Below are positions 19,997 through 28,569 of a stretch of 64,000 nucleotides of DNA, one piece after another. Below the pieces are notes generated by a model. It did no database searches and had not been told where the DNA came from. It saw only the letters and a list, made by a program, of their open reading frames with translations. The DNA is taken from assembly GCA_902579065.1 (NCBI GenBank), contig CACHFI010000001.1, positions 4,152 through 68,151 of the forward strand, written 5' to 3'. The stretch's first letter is position 1, and each line of letters starts with the position of its first letter. The position numbers and the translations under genes are program-made. The stretch comes from an uncultured Bacteroidota bacterium (GTDB lineage: Bacteria; Bacteroidota; Bacteroidia; Flavobacteriales; BACL11).

Positions 19997-22900
19997 TTCT
20001 AATAACAATATTATTTTTTATTAGTGTTTCATTATCTAATGCTCAGAATAAGATTAAAGCATTTTCTGAAGATTATAGTGTTTATTTAAATGAACTTTCA
20101 GAATTTATGTTTTCTTCTGATAATAATGATTTAAAATCTAACTTTAAAAACTTTAAAAAAATTTCATCAAAAGAGAATTATACCGATTCTCAAAAAAATA
20201 AAATAATATCTATTTCAAATAGAATGTTAAAAAAGAGATATAAGGCGTCTACACATTTTAATAATTTTGTTTTATGCCTTACTGCACTACACAATAATTC
20301 AATATCAAATGACAAAGTTTCTGATTGGCTTGATGTTGTTTCAACACTTGTTGATGAACATTCAAGTAAGAAATTATTAGTTTACTTTTATTTTTCTATA
20401 GATCTAGTTAATGAAAATATATTAAGAGAAACTAAAACTACAAGTTGGGTTATTTCTTCTAAAAGCTATGATTTTTCAATAAAAAATAATGAGCCTTTTA
20501 TAAGTTTTTCTGATGTAGATTTAACTTGTAGTTCTGATGGAGGTAAGATTGTAACATATTCAACAAGTGGATCATATTTCCCTTATTCTTATAAAATAAA
20601 CGGTAAAGGAGGGAAGATGGATTGGTCTCAGCTGGGCTTAAATTCAGATTCAATTTATGTAATTTTAGATGGATATTCTTTAGATGTAAGAACAGCAGCC
20701 ATTCAAGCAGATTCAGTATTGTTTACAAATAAGCTTATGTTTTCACTTTCATTAAAGGGCTCATTTGTTGATAAAATAACTAGAGGTAAACAAGCAGAAA
20801 GTTATCCAAAGTTTGTGTCGTATTCAAAGGATATTGTAATTAAGGATGTATATCCTCAGGTTGATTACAAAGGAGGGTATAAACTACAAGGAGTAAATTT
20901 TATTGCTGATGGAGGAAAATATGCTGATGCAAGATTAATTTTTAATAATAATGGCAAGAAAATATTTGTAGCAAATGCTAATAAGTTTAATTTAGGAGGA
21001 GATATTATTTCATCAAAGCAAGTAGGAATAAAAATTTATTTTGATAATGATTCACTCTACCATTCTAATTTGAAATTTAATTATGATAATAATAAGAGAA
21101 AGTTAAAGTTGTCAAAAGCTGGAAAATTTTCTTCCCCTATGTTAAACACTTATCACCAACTAAATATGAAGTTTGAATTACTTGAATGGGAAATTGATGA
21201 AAATATAATAACATTTGGTTCACTTCCTGGAACTTCTGTTTCTGAAGTTAATTTTGAGTCTGTTGATATGTATTTAGAAAATAGATTTGATGAGCTTCAA
21301 GGAATAGATGCTGTACATCCACTTATACTAATTGATAATTACATGAGAGATAAACAAGAATCAAAATTTTTTGTTGAAGATTTTGCTAGATATATAAAAT
21401 ATCCTTTTGTTCAAGTTCAAACTTATTTAATTGATTTAGCAAATAAAGGATTTCTCTTTTATGATTTTTCTGAAGATAGAGTAACTGTTTTGCCAAGTTT
21501 ATCAAGATATGTTTTAGCAAAATCCCAACAAGGAGATTATGATGTTATTCAATTTAATTCTAAAGTTATTGGTAATTCTCTTACTATGGTCAATGCTGTA
21601 TTAAATATTGAATCAAAGGATTTAATAATTAGAGGAATAAATCAAATTGCAGTAAGTGATTCGCAAAAAGTAGCCATATTTCCTAAAGGTGGAGAAATAA
21701 AGATTTTAAAGAATAGAGATTTTGTATTTAACGGAAGAATTTTTGCTGGTAATGGTAGAGTAAATCTATATGGTCAAGATTTTCATTTTAATTACGATGA
21801 ATTTAAAATTGACCTCAAAAAAATTGACTCTGTCCAATTATCAGTTCCAGTAAAACCTGTTCAGGTAGATATGTACAATAATCCTTTGCTAACAAGAATT
21901 AAAACAGTAATTGAAGCAGCATCAGGAGAATTAATAATTGATGAATCATCAAATAAATCTGGATTACGAAAACAAAATCACCCTGAGTATCCAATTTTTA
22001 AAAGCTTTAGCGATTCATATGTTTATTATGATAATCCTGATATTTTTGATGGAGTATATTCAAGAGATAATTTTTCTTTTCACCTAAAGCCATTTACAAT
22101 TGATAGTTTAGAAAGTTATAGTACTGATGGTTTATGGTTTGCAGGTACTTTTAAATCATCAAATATTTTTCCTGTATTTGATGACACTCTACGTATACAA
22201 TCAGATTATTCTTTAGGCTTTAAGAGAAATACTCCTATTGAAGGATTCCCATTATATGCTGGTAAAAGTAAATATTATAATGAAATTGAATTAGGTAATA
22301 ATGGGCTTAGAGGGAGTGGAAAATTTGAATTTTTATCTTCTGTTATCCATTCAGAAAAAATAATCTTTTTTCCAGATTCTACACAATTATTGTCAGATGC
22401 ATTTATAATTAATGAAGTTGCTCAGGGGATTGAATTTCCACAGACTTCAAATACTAAAACTTATTGTAATTATGAGCCATATAATGATAGATTAGAAGTT
22501 TTTCAAACACATGAGATGTTTGATGTTTATAATGGCCAAGCAAGTCATAAAGGTAATCTCCTTTTAAAACCTACTGGATTAACTGGAAATGGAATTATGA
22601 AATTAGATTTAGCTGAAGTGTCTTCAAAATTTTTCTCATTTAACTCTACCTGGTTCAAAGCTGATACAGCAAATCTGAATGTATTTGATAACTCTAGTAA
22701 TTTAGCATTTAGTGCTAAGAATTTAAGAGCAAATATAGATGTTAAAGATAGAGAAGGAATATTTTTCTCAAATGGAACAGGGTCATATGTTAATTTTCCT
22801 GCTAGTGAATACATTTGCTATATAGATCAGTTGAAATGGGAAATGGATAATGAGCAATTGACATTTGGAAATAATGATCCATTATCAACTAGTAGATCTG

Positions 22901-24396
22901 AATTTATTTCTGTAAATAAAGATCAGGATTCACTTTCTTTTTATGCAAAAAGTGCCGGATATAGTTTGAAAGATTTTATCATTTATGCTGAAGGTGTAGA
23001 TAGTATTCTTGTAGCAGACGCAGTAATTTTTCCAGATTCCGCAAAAATTACTGTTGCAAAAAATGCAAAAATTCAAACTTTAAATAATTCAAGAATTATT
23101 CTTGACTCTTTAGTAAGATATCATAATTTTAATAATGCATCTGTGGATATTATTGGTAAAAATAATTATAGTGCATCTGGAGATTACGTTTATAAAGATG
23201 CTTTAGAGAATGAGCAACCAATTTATTTTTCTGAAATAACAGTAAATATAGACACTGTTTCTGTTGCTAAAGGAAATGTCGATCAACAAAAAGACTTTAT
23301 GATTGGAAGCAGGTATAATTATTATGGGGATATTATATTGATTGGAGATAGAAAAGATCTTAAGTTCAAGGGTTATTTTAAATTGAGTCATAATTGTTCA
23401 GCTTTTTCTAAGAATTGGATTAGTTTTTCATCTTTTATAGATCCTTTTAATATTTCATTCAATTTCAATGACGAATTATACAATAATAATGATGATAAAT
23501 TATATTCTGGAATATATTATAACAGAGATTCATCAATTTACTATTCTACATTTTTAAGTACAAAGAAAAGAGCTAAAGACGTTGAGTTTTTCTCTGCTGG
23601 ATCTAGTGTATATTATAATAATGAATTAAGTTCATATATAGTTGGAGGCTTAGATTCATCATCTAATTATTTAATTTTAGATGAAAAAACATGTTCAGTT
23701 TCTGGATCAGGAACACTTGATTTGAATTTTAATCTTGGAAGAATAAATACTACTTCAGTTGGAAATATTTCAAATAAAAATGGAGAAATTTCATTTGATG
23801 GATTCTTGTTTTTAGATTTTGATTTTTCAGAAAAAGCATTGGAGATTATGGCTAATGATATTTTTTCAGCACCTGGAGATGAGATTTTTGAATATGATTT
23901 GAATTATGAAAACAATTTGTCCAAAATAGTAGGAAATAGTTCCAAAGAGGAATTAATGATTGACTTAGAGATAAATGATGCTTTTGAAAAGTTGCCAAAA
24001 CAAATGAAAAAAACGATTGCTTTAACAAAAATTAATTTTGTTTGGGATAAAAATAGAGAGGCATTTATTTCAAAAAATAATATTGGAATAGGTAACATTG
24101 GAGAAACTCAAATAAATGGCATGTTAAATGGTCATATTTTAATTGAGAAGGGCCGTAATACTGATATACTCAGTTTGTATCTCCAAACTGAGTTCTATGA
24201 TGAATATTTCTTTACTTATAAAAGTGGTGTGATGAGAGCAATTTCAACTAATCCTGAGTTTAATACAGCAATTACAGATGTTAAGGATACTAAAAGAAAA
24301 TCCAAATCTATTAAGGGAATGGATCCATTTAGATATATGTTGGCAAATGAAGATTCACCTGAGAAATTCTTAAAAAAAATAAATAAGAAATTCTAA
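19969..24396 (+). CDS. Very large (1475 aa) secreted or anchored hypothetical protein with no recognisable domain
   Basis: Long uninterrupted ORF with a signal-like N-terminus (KKVVLITILFFISVSLSNAQ). The composition is beta-rich and N/S/F/Y-rich. The start overlaps the prmA 3' end by 28 nt. Confidence 0.85.
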   Translation: MVFNAFKKVVLITILFFISVSLSNAQNKIKAFSEDYSVYLNELSEFMFSSDNNDLKSNFKNFKKISSKENYTDSQKNKIISISNRMLKKRYKASTHFNNFVLCLTALHNNSISNDKVSDWLDVVSTLVDEHSSKKLLVYFYFSIDLVNENILRETKTTSWVISSKSYDFSIKNNEPFISFSDVDLTCSSDGGKIVTYSTSGSYFPYSYKINGKGGKMDWSQLGLNSDSIYVILDGYSLDVRTAAIQADSVLFTNKLMFSLSLKGSFVDKITRGKQAESYPKFVSYSKDIVIKDVYPQVDYKGGYKLQGVNFIADGGKYADARLIFNNNGKKIFVANANKFNLGGDIISSKQVGIKIYFDNDSLYHSNLKFNYDNNKRKLKLSKAGKFSSPMLNTYHQLNMKFELLEWEIDENIITFGSLPGTSVSEVNFESVDMYLENRFDELQGIDAVHPLILIDNYMRDKQESKFFVEDFARYIKYPFVQVQTYLIDLANKGFLFYDFSEDRVTVLPSLSRYVLAKSQQGDYDVIQFNSKVIGNSLTMVNAVLNIESKDLIIRGINQIAVSDSQKVAIFPKGGEIKILKNRDFVFNGRIFAGNGRVNLYGQDFHFNYDEFKIDLKKIDSVQLSVPVKPVQVDMYNNPLLTRIKTVIEAASGELIIDESSNKSGLRKQNHPEYPIFKSFSDSYVYYDNPDIFDGVYSRDNFSFHLKPFTIDSLESYSTDGLWFAGTFKSSNIFPVFDDTLRIQSDYSLGFKRNTPIEGFPLYAGKSKYYNEIELGNNGLRGSGKFEFLSSVIHSEKIIFFPDSTQLLSDAFIINEVAQGIEFPQTSNTKTYCNYEPYNDRLEVFQTHEMFDVYNGQASHKGNLLLKPTGLTGNGIMKLDLAEVSSKFFSFNSTWFKADTANLNVFDNSSNLAFSAKNLRANIDVKDREGIFFSNGTGSYVNFPASEYICYIDQLKWEMDNEQLTFGNNDPLSTSRSEFISVNKDQDSLSFYAKSAGYSLKDFIIYAEGVDSILVADAVIFPDSAKITVAKNAKIQTLNNSRIILDSLVRYHNFNNASVDIIGKNNYSASGDYVYKDALENEQPIYFSEITVNIDTVSVAKGNVDQQKDFMIGSRYNYYGDIILIGDRKDLKFKGYFKLSHNCSAFSKNWISFSSFIDPFNISFNFNDELYNNNDDKLYSGIYYNRDSSIYYSTFLSTKKRAKDVEFFSAGSSVYYNNELSSYIVGGLDSSSNYLILDEKTCSVSGSGTLDLNFNLGRINTTSVGNISNKNGEISFDGFLFLDFDFSEKALEIMANDIFSAPGDEIFEYDLNYENNLSKIVGNSSKEELMIDLEINDAFEKLPKQMKKTIALTKINFVWDKNREAFISKNNIGIGNIGETQINGMLNGHILIEKGRNTDILSLYLQTEFYDEYFFTYKSGVMRAISTNPEFNTAITDVKDTKRKSKSIKGMDPFRYMLANEDSPEKFLKKINKKF

Positions 24397-24498
24397 ATAT
24401 TTTATTTTAATATTTTCTGATTTTCGCGAAGCTTTCGTTAATTATATTTTCTATTTTTGTTATAGAATTGCTCTTATAATTCATAAAAAAAATAATTT

Positions 24499-24768
24499 AT
24501 GTCACTAGATTACAACGAATCAAACAAAATTCATAAGAAAAGTATCGCTCTCAAAACATTATACTTGATTGATGATAATTTTAACACATTTGATCATGTT
24601 ATTGATTGTTTAGTCGCTATATGTGATCATTCTCCGATACAAGCAGAACAGTGTGCATTGTTAACCCATATTAATGGAAAATGCGATATTTTACGTGGAG
24701 AAATTTCAGAACTTAAACCATTTCAAGAAGATCTTGAACTTTATGGTTTAAATGTTCAAATTTTATAA
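24499..24768 (+). CDS. clpS: ATP-dependent Clp protease adaptor ClpS
   Basis: 89-aa protein with a ClpS core (L.LIDDN.NTFDHVIDCLV.IC.HS..QAEQCALL.H..G.C). Confidence 0.88.
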   Translation: MSLDYNESNKIHKKSIALKTLYLIDDNFNTFDHVIDCLVAICDHSPIQAEQCALLTHINGKCDILRGEISELKPFQEDLELYGLNVQIL

Positions 24769-24784
24769 TATCAAAAAACAAAAT

Positions 24785-24858
24785 GGCTCTGTAGCTTAAC
24801 TGGATAGAGCACCTGACTACGGATCAGGAGGTTAGGGGTTCGAATCCCTTCAGAGTCA
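24785..24858 (+). tRNA. tRNA-Arg (anticodon ACG)
   Basis: Folds as a cloverleaf by hand: acceptor GGCTCTG/CAGAGTC, D arm GCTT-AACTGGATA-GAGC, anticodon arm CCTGA-CTACGGA-TCAGG (anticodon ACG), and T arm AGGGG-TTCGAAT-CCCTT. The discriminator is A and no CCA is encoded. Confidence 0.93.
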
Positions 24859-24937
24859 CTTTTTTAAAAAATAATCAAACATCCTCGATTTTAATTTTAA
24901 TTTTTTTGCAAATTTGTTTAAATAAAATTCTAAAAAA

Positions 24938-25459
24938 ATGAAAAACTATATATTATTATTTATTTCAGTTATATTATTTAGTTGTTCTTCTGAAGTAACA
25001 AAAGTAACTTGGGATGATCCTAAAAGCATCGCATTAAATAAACATATTGAAAATTATGTAAATGAAGATTTTGAAGCTGTTAAAGAACTGTTTTCAAAAG
25101 ATTTAAAAATTTATGTTTCTGGACAAGATGAAGCCTATGACATAGAAGGAAGTATGGAAGCTATAAAACTTCACCATATGCTTTTCTCTAATATTTATAC
25201 AACATATGATGAGAATGATGAAAAAGGTATTATTTGCCAAACAATCTCATATCCCACTGGAGAAACATGGTCTCAAGTTTGGTTTGATTGGAATGCTGTT
25301 GGTAATTACACAGGAGATACTGTTAAAAATATGGTTCATATTTCTTACAAGTGGGAAGGTGATAAAATTTTGGAGGAGTGGCATTTTTCTGATGGTGCTG
25401 CATTTGATAATGAAGTTGAGGCCTATAATACTTCATTAGAAAACATGAAGATTAAGTAA
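24938..25459 (+). CDS. Lipoprotein, possibly with an NTF2/SnoaL-like fold
   Basis: Has a lipobox (LLFISVILFSC). The size of about 150 aa and the alpha+beta pattern suggest an NTF2-like fold. The domain call is weak. Confidence 0.6.
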   Translation: MKNYILLFISVILFSCSSEVTKVTWDDPKSIALNKHIENYVNEDFEAVKELFSKDLKIYVSGQDEAYDIEGSMEAIKLHHMLFSNIYTTYDENDEKGIICQTISYPTGETWSQVWFDWNAVGNYTGDTVKNMVHISYKWEGDKILEEWHFSDGAAFDNEVEAYNTSLENMKIK

Positions 25460-25519
25460 GCTTAATTTTACATGCATTGCACAGAATTTTTTTACGGTAT
25501 TTACATGTAAAATGAAAAT

Positions 25520-25881
25520 ATGTTAAGAAATATATTTTTACCACTTTTTTTTTTGGTATAATTAACACAACATTTGCTTCTTTTCCTGTAACTGAAAAAA
25601 ATGATGAAACTTATATCACTAATTCAACTACAGAAATAAATAACAGTTCTATTTACGGAAATTTATCATTAATTCTTTCTTTAATTTCTTTATTGCCTTG
25701 GCTTGAAATTGGTTTTCTTGGATGGCCTTTACTTTTTCTTTCTCTACCAGCACTAGTTTTAGGAATCATGTCTTTTAATACAAAAGGAAGATTAAAAGGA
25801 ATAATAGGCTCTGTAATAGGTTTTTTACATATCGTTTATTGGATATTAGTACTTCTTTTATTTTCTTCCCTTTTTGGCTGA
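25520..25881 (+). pseudogene. Small membrane protein gene interrupted at a T10 run (as sequenced)
   Basis: ATG 25520 gives MLRNIFLPLFF, then hits a stop at 25559. The frame beginning at 25555 continues as GIINTTFASFPVTEKNDE... into the listed ORF 25693..25881, which has two to three TM helices. A T11 or T8 run at 25545..25554 would give one ORF of about 120 aa with a normal signal or anchor. Confidence 0.6.
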
Positions 25882-25972
25882 TAATTAGTAGTATTTTTTT
25901 TCTGATTATTTTTATGTTTTTAATTACTGTGCTATGCATAGAATTAAATTTTTTCTTACTTAATTTCGCAGT

Positions 25973-26350
25973 ATGAATTTTTTAAGACTATTAATAATAT
26001 TTTTTCCAATGTTTTGTTTTGCTTCTTTTCCAATACAACAAGATATTCGATTTATTGATACTGTTCTGGTAAATGAAAAGGCGTATGAAGCTGTTGTAGT
26101 TGACTCAACCAGCAAGTATCCTCTTGAAAATGAATCCTTAACTGAATATAGGGCAAGATTAAAAAAACAATTATATAGTTCTTCTAGTAAAGAAACAAAA
26201 TACTCATTAGGAGTAAAAGTATTACTTATTATTGGTATTCTTATTTTACTTTTTTTAATTCTTGTTATTGTTGGAGCTAATGATACTAGCTCGAGTGGTA
26301 GAAGAAGTATTAATTTAAATGATGTATTGGATGATTGTTGTGGTCCTTAA
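25973..26350 (+). CDS. Small membrane-anchored hypothetical protein
   Basis: 125 aa. Has a signal-like N-terminus ending in CFASFPI, a central soluble part, a single TM helix (VKVLLIIGILILLFLILVIVG) and a C-terminal CCGP. Confidence 0.6.
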   Translation: MNFLRLLIIFFPMFCFASFPIQQDIRFIDTVLVNEKAYEAVVVDSTSKYPLENESLTEYRARLKKQLYSSSSKETKYSLGVKVLLIIGILILLFLILVIVGANDTSSSGRRSINLNDVLDDCCGP

Positions 26351-26355
26351 TCAGA

Positions 26356-27186
26356 TCACTTTTCAATATAAATAGTTATTGATTTATTTAAATCCAACTG
26401 AGTTAGAATAGGGTATTTTTTGTTTTTATCAATTAATTCTATTCTACTTGTATTGGGAGGAGATTTACCAAGGCTAGTAGCCTCTATAATAATCTTATTT
26501 TTTCCTTTGTTGAGTTTGTACTTGATTTTTTTAGCTTTATTTTTTGTTTCATAATTATCAAGAATTACATCACTATTTATTTCAAGATTAATTTTGTCTC
26601 CATCCTCTTGATTACTGTCCCAAATTTTGATTGTTAAATATTTTGCTTTCCAATTAATATTTAAATTATCACCATCTTTTAGAATTTTAGTTTCTATTAT
26701 CTCCTCTTTTTCTAGCTTTTTTTCTATTTTTTTCTCAATTTTTTTAATCTTTTTTTCAATAATTGATTTTTCAGCAAGTAAAATTTTTCCTTTAGCACAT
26801 TCACTACTATCTAAGAAATTTCCAGTAAAATTACCTTCTAACAGTTTTTTAGTAAATCTATTCTTTAGCTTTAAGTTCATTCTTATATAGCAGAAACTAT
26901 TAATAGGGGCTTCTGATTTTGTATAAATAATTTGCGTTTCTTGAAGCTGAAAACTTTTATCTTCTTTGAAATAAACACCTTTGATTTCACTTTTAGTTTC
27001 ATCTTTTGTTCCAAGATTTGTGAGAGAGTAACCTGAAACAATTCCGTTTTTTTCAATTAGATCCAATGAGAAACTCATTGGTTTATTATTTTCTAAAATT
27101 ATAGTTCCCAAATATTCTTGTGTATTAATTTGGGCATTAGTACTTTGATAAATAAAAATTATTGCAAGAAAAATTCTAAATTTCAT
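26356..27186 (-). CDS. Secreted hypothetical protein with two domains joined by a charged KKIEKK linker
   Basis: Has a signal peptide (MKFRIFLAIIFIYQSTNAQ), an N-terminal beta-rich domain, the linker EKKIKKIEKKIEKKLEKEE and a C-terminal beta domain (DGDKINLEINSDV...IIIEATSLGKSPPNTSRIELID). It overlaps the mpl 3' end by 11 nt. Confidence 0.65.
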   Translation of the reverse strand: MKFRIFLAIIFIYQSTNAQINTQEYLGTIILENNKPMSFSLDLIEKNGIVSGYSLTNLGTKDETKSEIKGVYFKEDKSFQLQETQIIYTKSEAPINSFCYIRMNLKLKNRFTKKLLEGNFTGNFLDSSECAKGKILLAEKSIIEKKIKKIEKKIEKKLEKEEIIETKILKDGDNLNINWKAKYLTIKIWDSNQEDGDKINLEINSDVILDNYETKNKAKKIKYKLNKGKNKIIIEATSLGKSPPNTSRIELIDKNKKYPILTQLDLNKSITIYIEK

Positions 27187-28495
27187 TATAATTTAATTTA
27201 TTGAAATTACCTGAGCTCATCATTAGCAAATTTGTGTTTTTTGTGTAAATGTCTTTTAAATGATTTATAAGCTCTTCTTTGTTATTAATAACTTTAAGAT
27301 TTTCATTTTTAAATGCAAGTTGTATATCCTCTTTACTTATTGGATCTAATCTTTTATGTTTTATGGCTTCTAAGCTAAAGTATACAATTGCCTGATCTGC
27401 ATTATTCATGCTATTTACATATTGAGATAGAAATCTTTTGTTTAAACTACTAAATGTATGAAGTTCCATACAAGCAACTAGCTTTCTGTCTTTAAATTGT
27501 TTTTTCACTGCATCTATTGTAGCTATTAATTTTGATGGAGAATGTGCAAAGTCTTTATAAATTGAAGAATTAGTGTCTTCTCTTATTAACTCTAATCTAT
27601 TAGATGCACCATTAAATGTTTTAATATTATTATAAAAATCAGAATTAGATACACCAAGTTCTTTACATACCAATCTAGCAGCATTAAGATTTTGTAAGTT
27701 GTGCTTGCCAAAAATTTTTAGGGGAATATTTTTTAAATATGTAGTTCCATTCTTAATCGTGTGATTAGGGGTGTTATAACTAATAGATTTACATTTAGTT
27801 TCCTCTTTCATTAATTTTTTTAAATCTGGATCTTCTTCACAAAAAATAAGGCAGTCAGAAACTAGGTTTTTAAAAATTCTAAATTGATCTATATAATTTT
27901 CAAATGTTGGAAAAACATTTATGTGATCCCATGCTATACCACTAATCACACCAATATTTGGTTTGTAAAGATGGAACTTTGGTCTTCTGTCAATTGGGGA
28001 TGAAAGATATTCATCTCCTTCTAAAATTATTATTGGAGCTTCTTCTGTTAATTTTACCATTACATCAAATCCATCAAGTTTAGCTCCAACCATATAATCA
28101 CATTCAATTTTTAAATTTTGAAGAACATGTAAAATCATAGCAGTTATGGATGTTTTTCCATGACTTCCTCCTATTACAACTCTTTTTTTGTTTTTACTTT
28201 GTTGATATAAATATTCTGGATAAGAATATATATTAAGACCAAGTTTTTTTGCTTTGATTAGTTCAGGGTTATCTTTTTTAGCATGCATTCCAAGAATTAT
28301 AGCATCTAAATCCTCTGTTATATTATCTTCAAACCAACCAATATTTTTAGGTAATAATCCATGCTTTTCAAGTCTGCTTTTTGACGGTTCAAATATTTGA
28401 TCATCAGAACCAGTAATTGTATATCCTTTAAAATGAAGTGCAAGAGCAAGATTGTGCATCGCACTTCCTCCTATAGCAATTAAATGAATTTTCAT
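27176..28495 (-). CDS. mpl: Mur ligase family enzyme, Mpl-like (UDP-N-acetylmuramate:L-Ala-gamma-D-Glu-meso-DAP ligase)
   Basis: The N-terminus MKIHLIAIGGSAMHNLALAL...GY.ITGSD and the P-loop GGSHGKTS match the Mpl/MurC-like layout, as does the 439-aa length. Confidence 0.8.
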   Translation of the reverse strand: MKIHLIAIGGSAMHNLALALHFKGYTITGSDDQIFEPSKSRLEKHGLLPKNIGWFEDNITEDLDAIILGMHAKKDNPELIKAKKLGLNIYSYPEYLYQQSKNKKRVVIGGSHGKTSITAMILHVLQNLKIECDYMVGAKLDGFDVMVKLTEEAPIIILEGDEYLSSPIDRRPKFHLYKPNIGVISGIAWDHINVFPTFENYIDQFRIFKNLVSDCLIFCEEDPDLKKLMKEETKCKSISYNTPNHTIKNGTTYLKNIPLKIFGKHNLQNLNAARLVCKELGVSNSDFYNNIKTFNGASNRLELIREDTNSSIYKDFAHSPSKLIATIDAVKKQFKDRKLVACMELHTFSSLNKRFLSQYVNSMNNADQAIVYFSLEAIKHKRLDPISKEDIQLAFKNENLKVINNKEELINHLKDIYTKNTNLLMMSSGNFNKLNYNEI

Positions 28496-28569
28496 AAAGA
28501 TGAAATTTACATTTTAAATGTATCATATAATTCAACTTTATTACTTTTGATTAGTTAAAATTTACTAAC

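Noticed and set aside
24420-24445. A locally GC-rich TTCGCGAA palindrome and short stem (cgaagctttcg) after the 1475-aa gene, a possible terminator or binding site.
   Set aside because: The stem is only about 4 bp with no following T run, so it is too weak to call a terminator. There is no supporting context.
25460-25975. Apparent similarity between the regions upstream of the two small FASFP genes (..ATGCATTGCACAGAATT..TTTTT.. versus ..CTATGCATAGAATTAAATTTTTT..).
   Set aside because: The match is short, gapped and AT-rich. I cannot separate it from chance by eye, so it is not reported as a shared regulatory element.
26690-26770. Periodic T-rich DNA (ttttttct / tttttttc units) that at first glance looks like a short tandem repeat array.
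   Set aside because: It is the reverse complement of the codons for the KKIEKKIEKKLEKEE linker inside the 26356..27186 gene. It is protein-level low complexity, not a CRISPR array, VNTR or regulatory repeat.
24785-27186. Possibility of an integrated mobile element or prophage remnant at tRNA-Arg.
   Set aside because: No integrase, recombinase, phage-like gene or duplicated tRNA 3' segment is visible. It is kept only as a low-interest accessory-looking stretch in the findings.
28508-28522. Perfect 15-nt palindrome TACATTTTAAATGTA between the divergent mpl and MBL-hydrolase genes, a possible operator.
   Set aside because: It consists almost entirely of A and T in a very AT-rich spacer. There is no second copy in the window and no adjacent regulator gene. 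Chance occurrence is plausible, so it is not reported as a feature.
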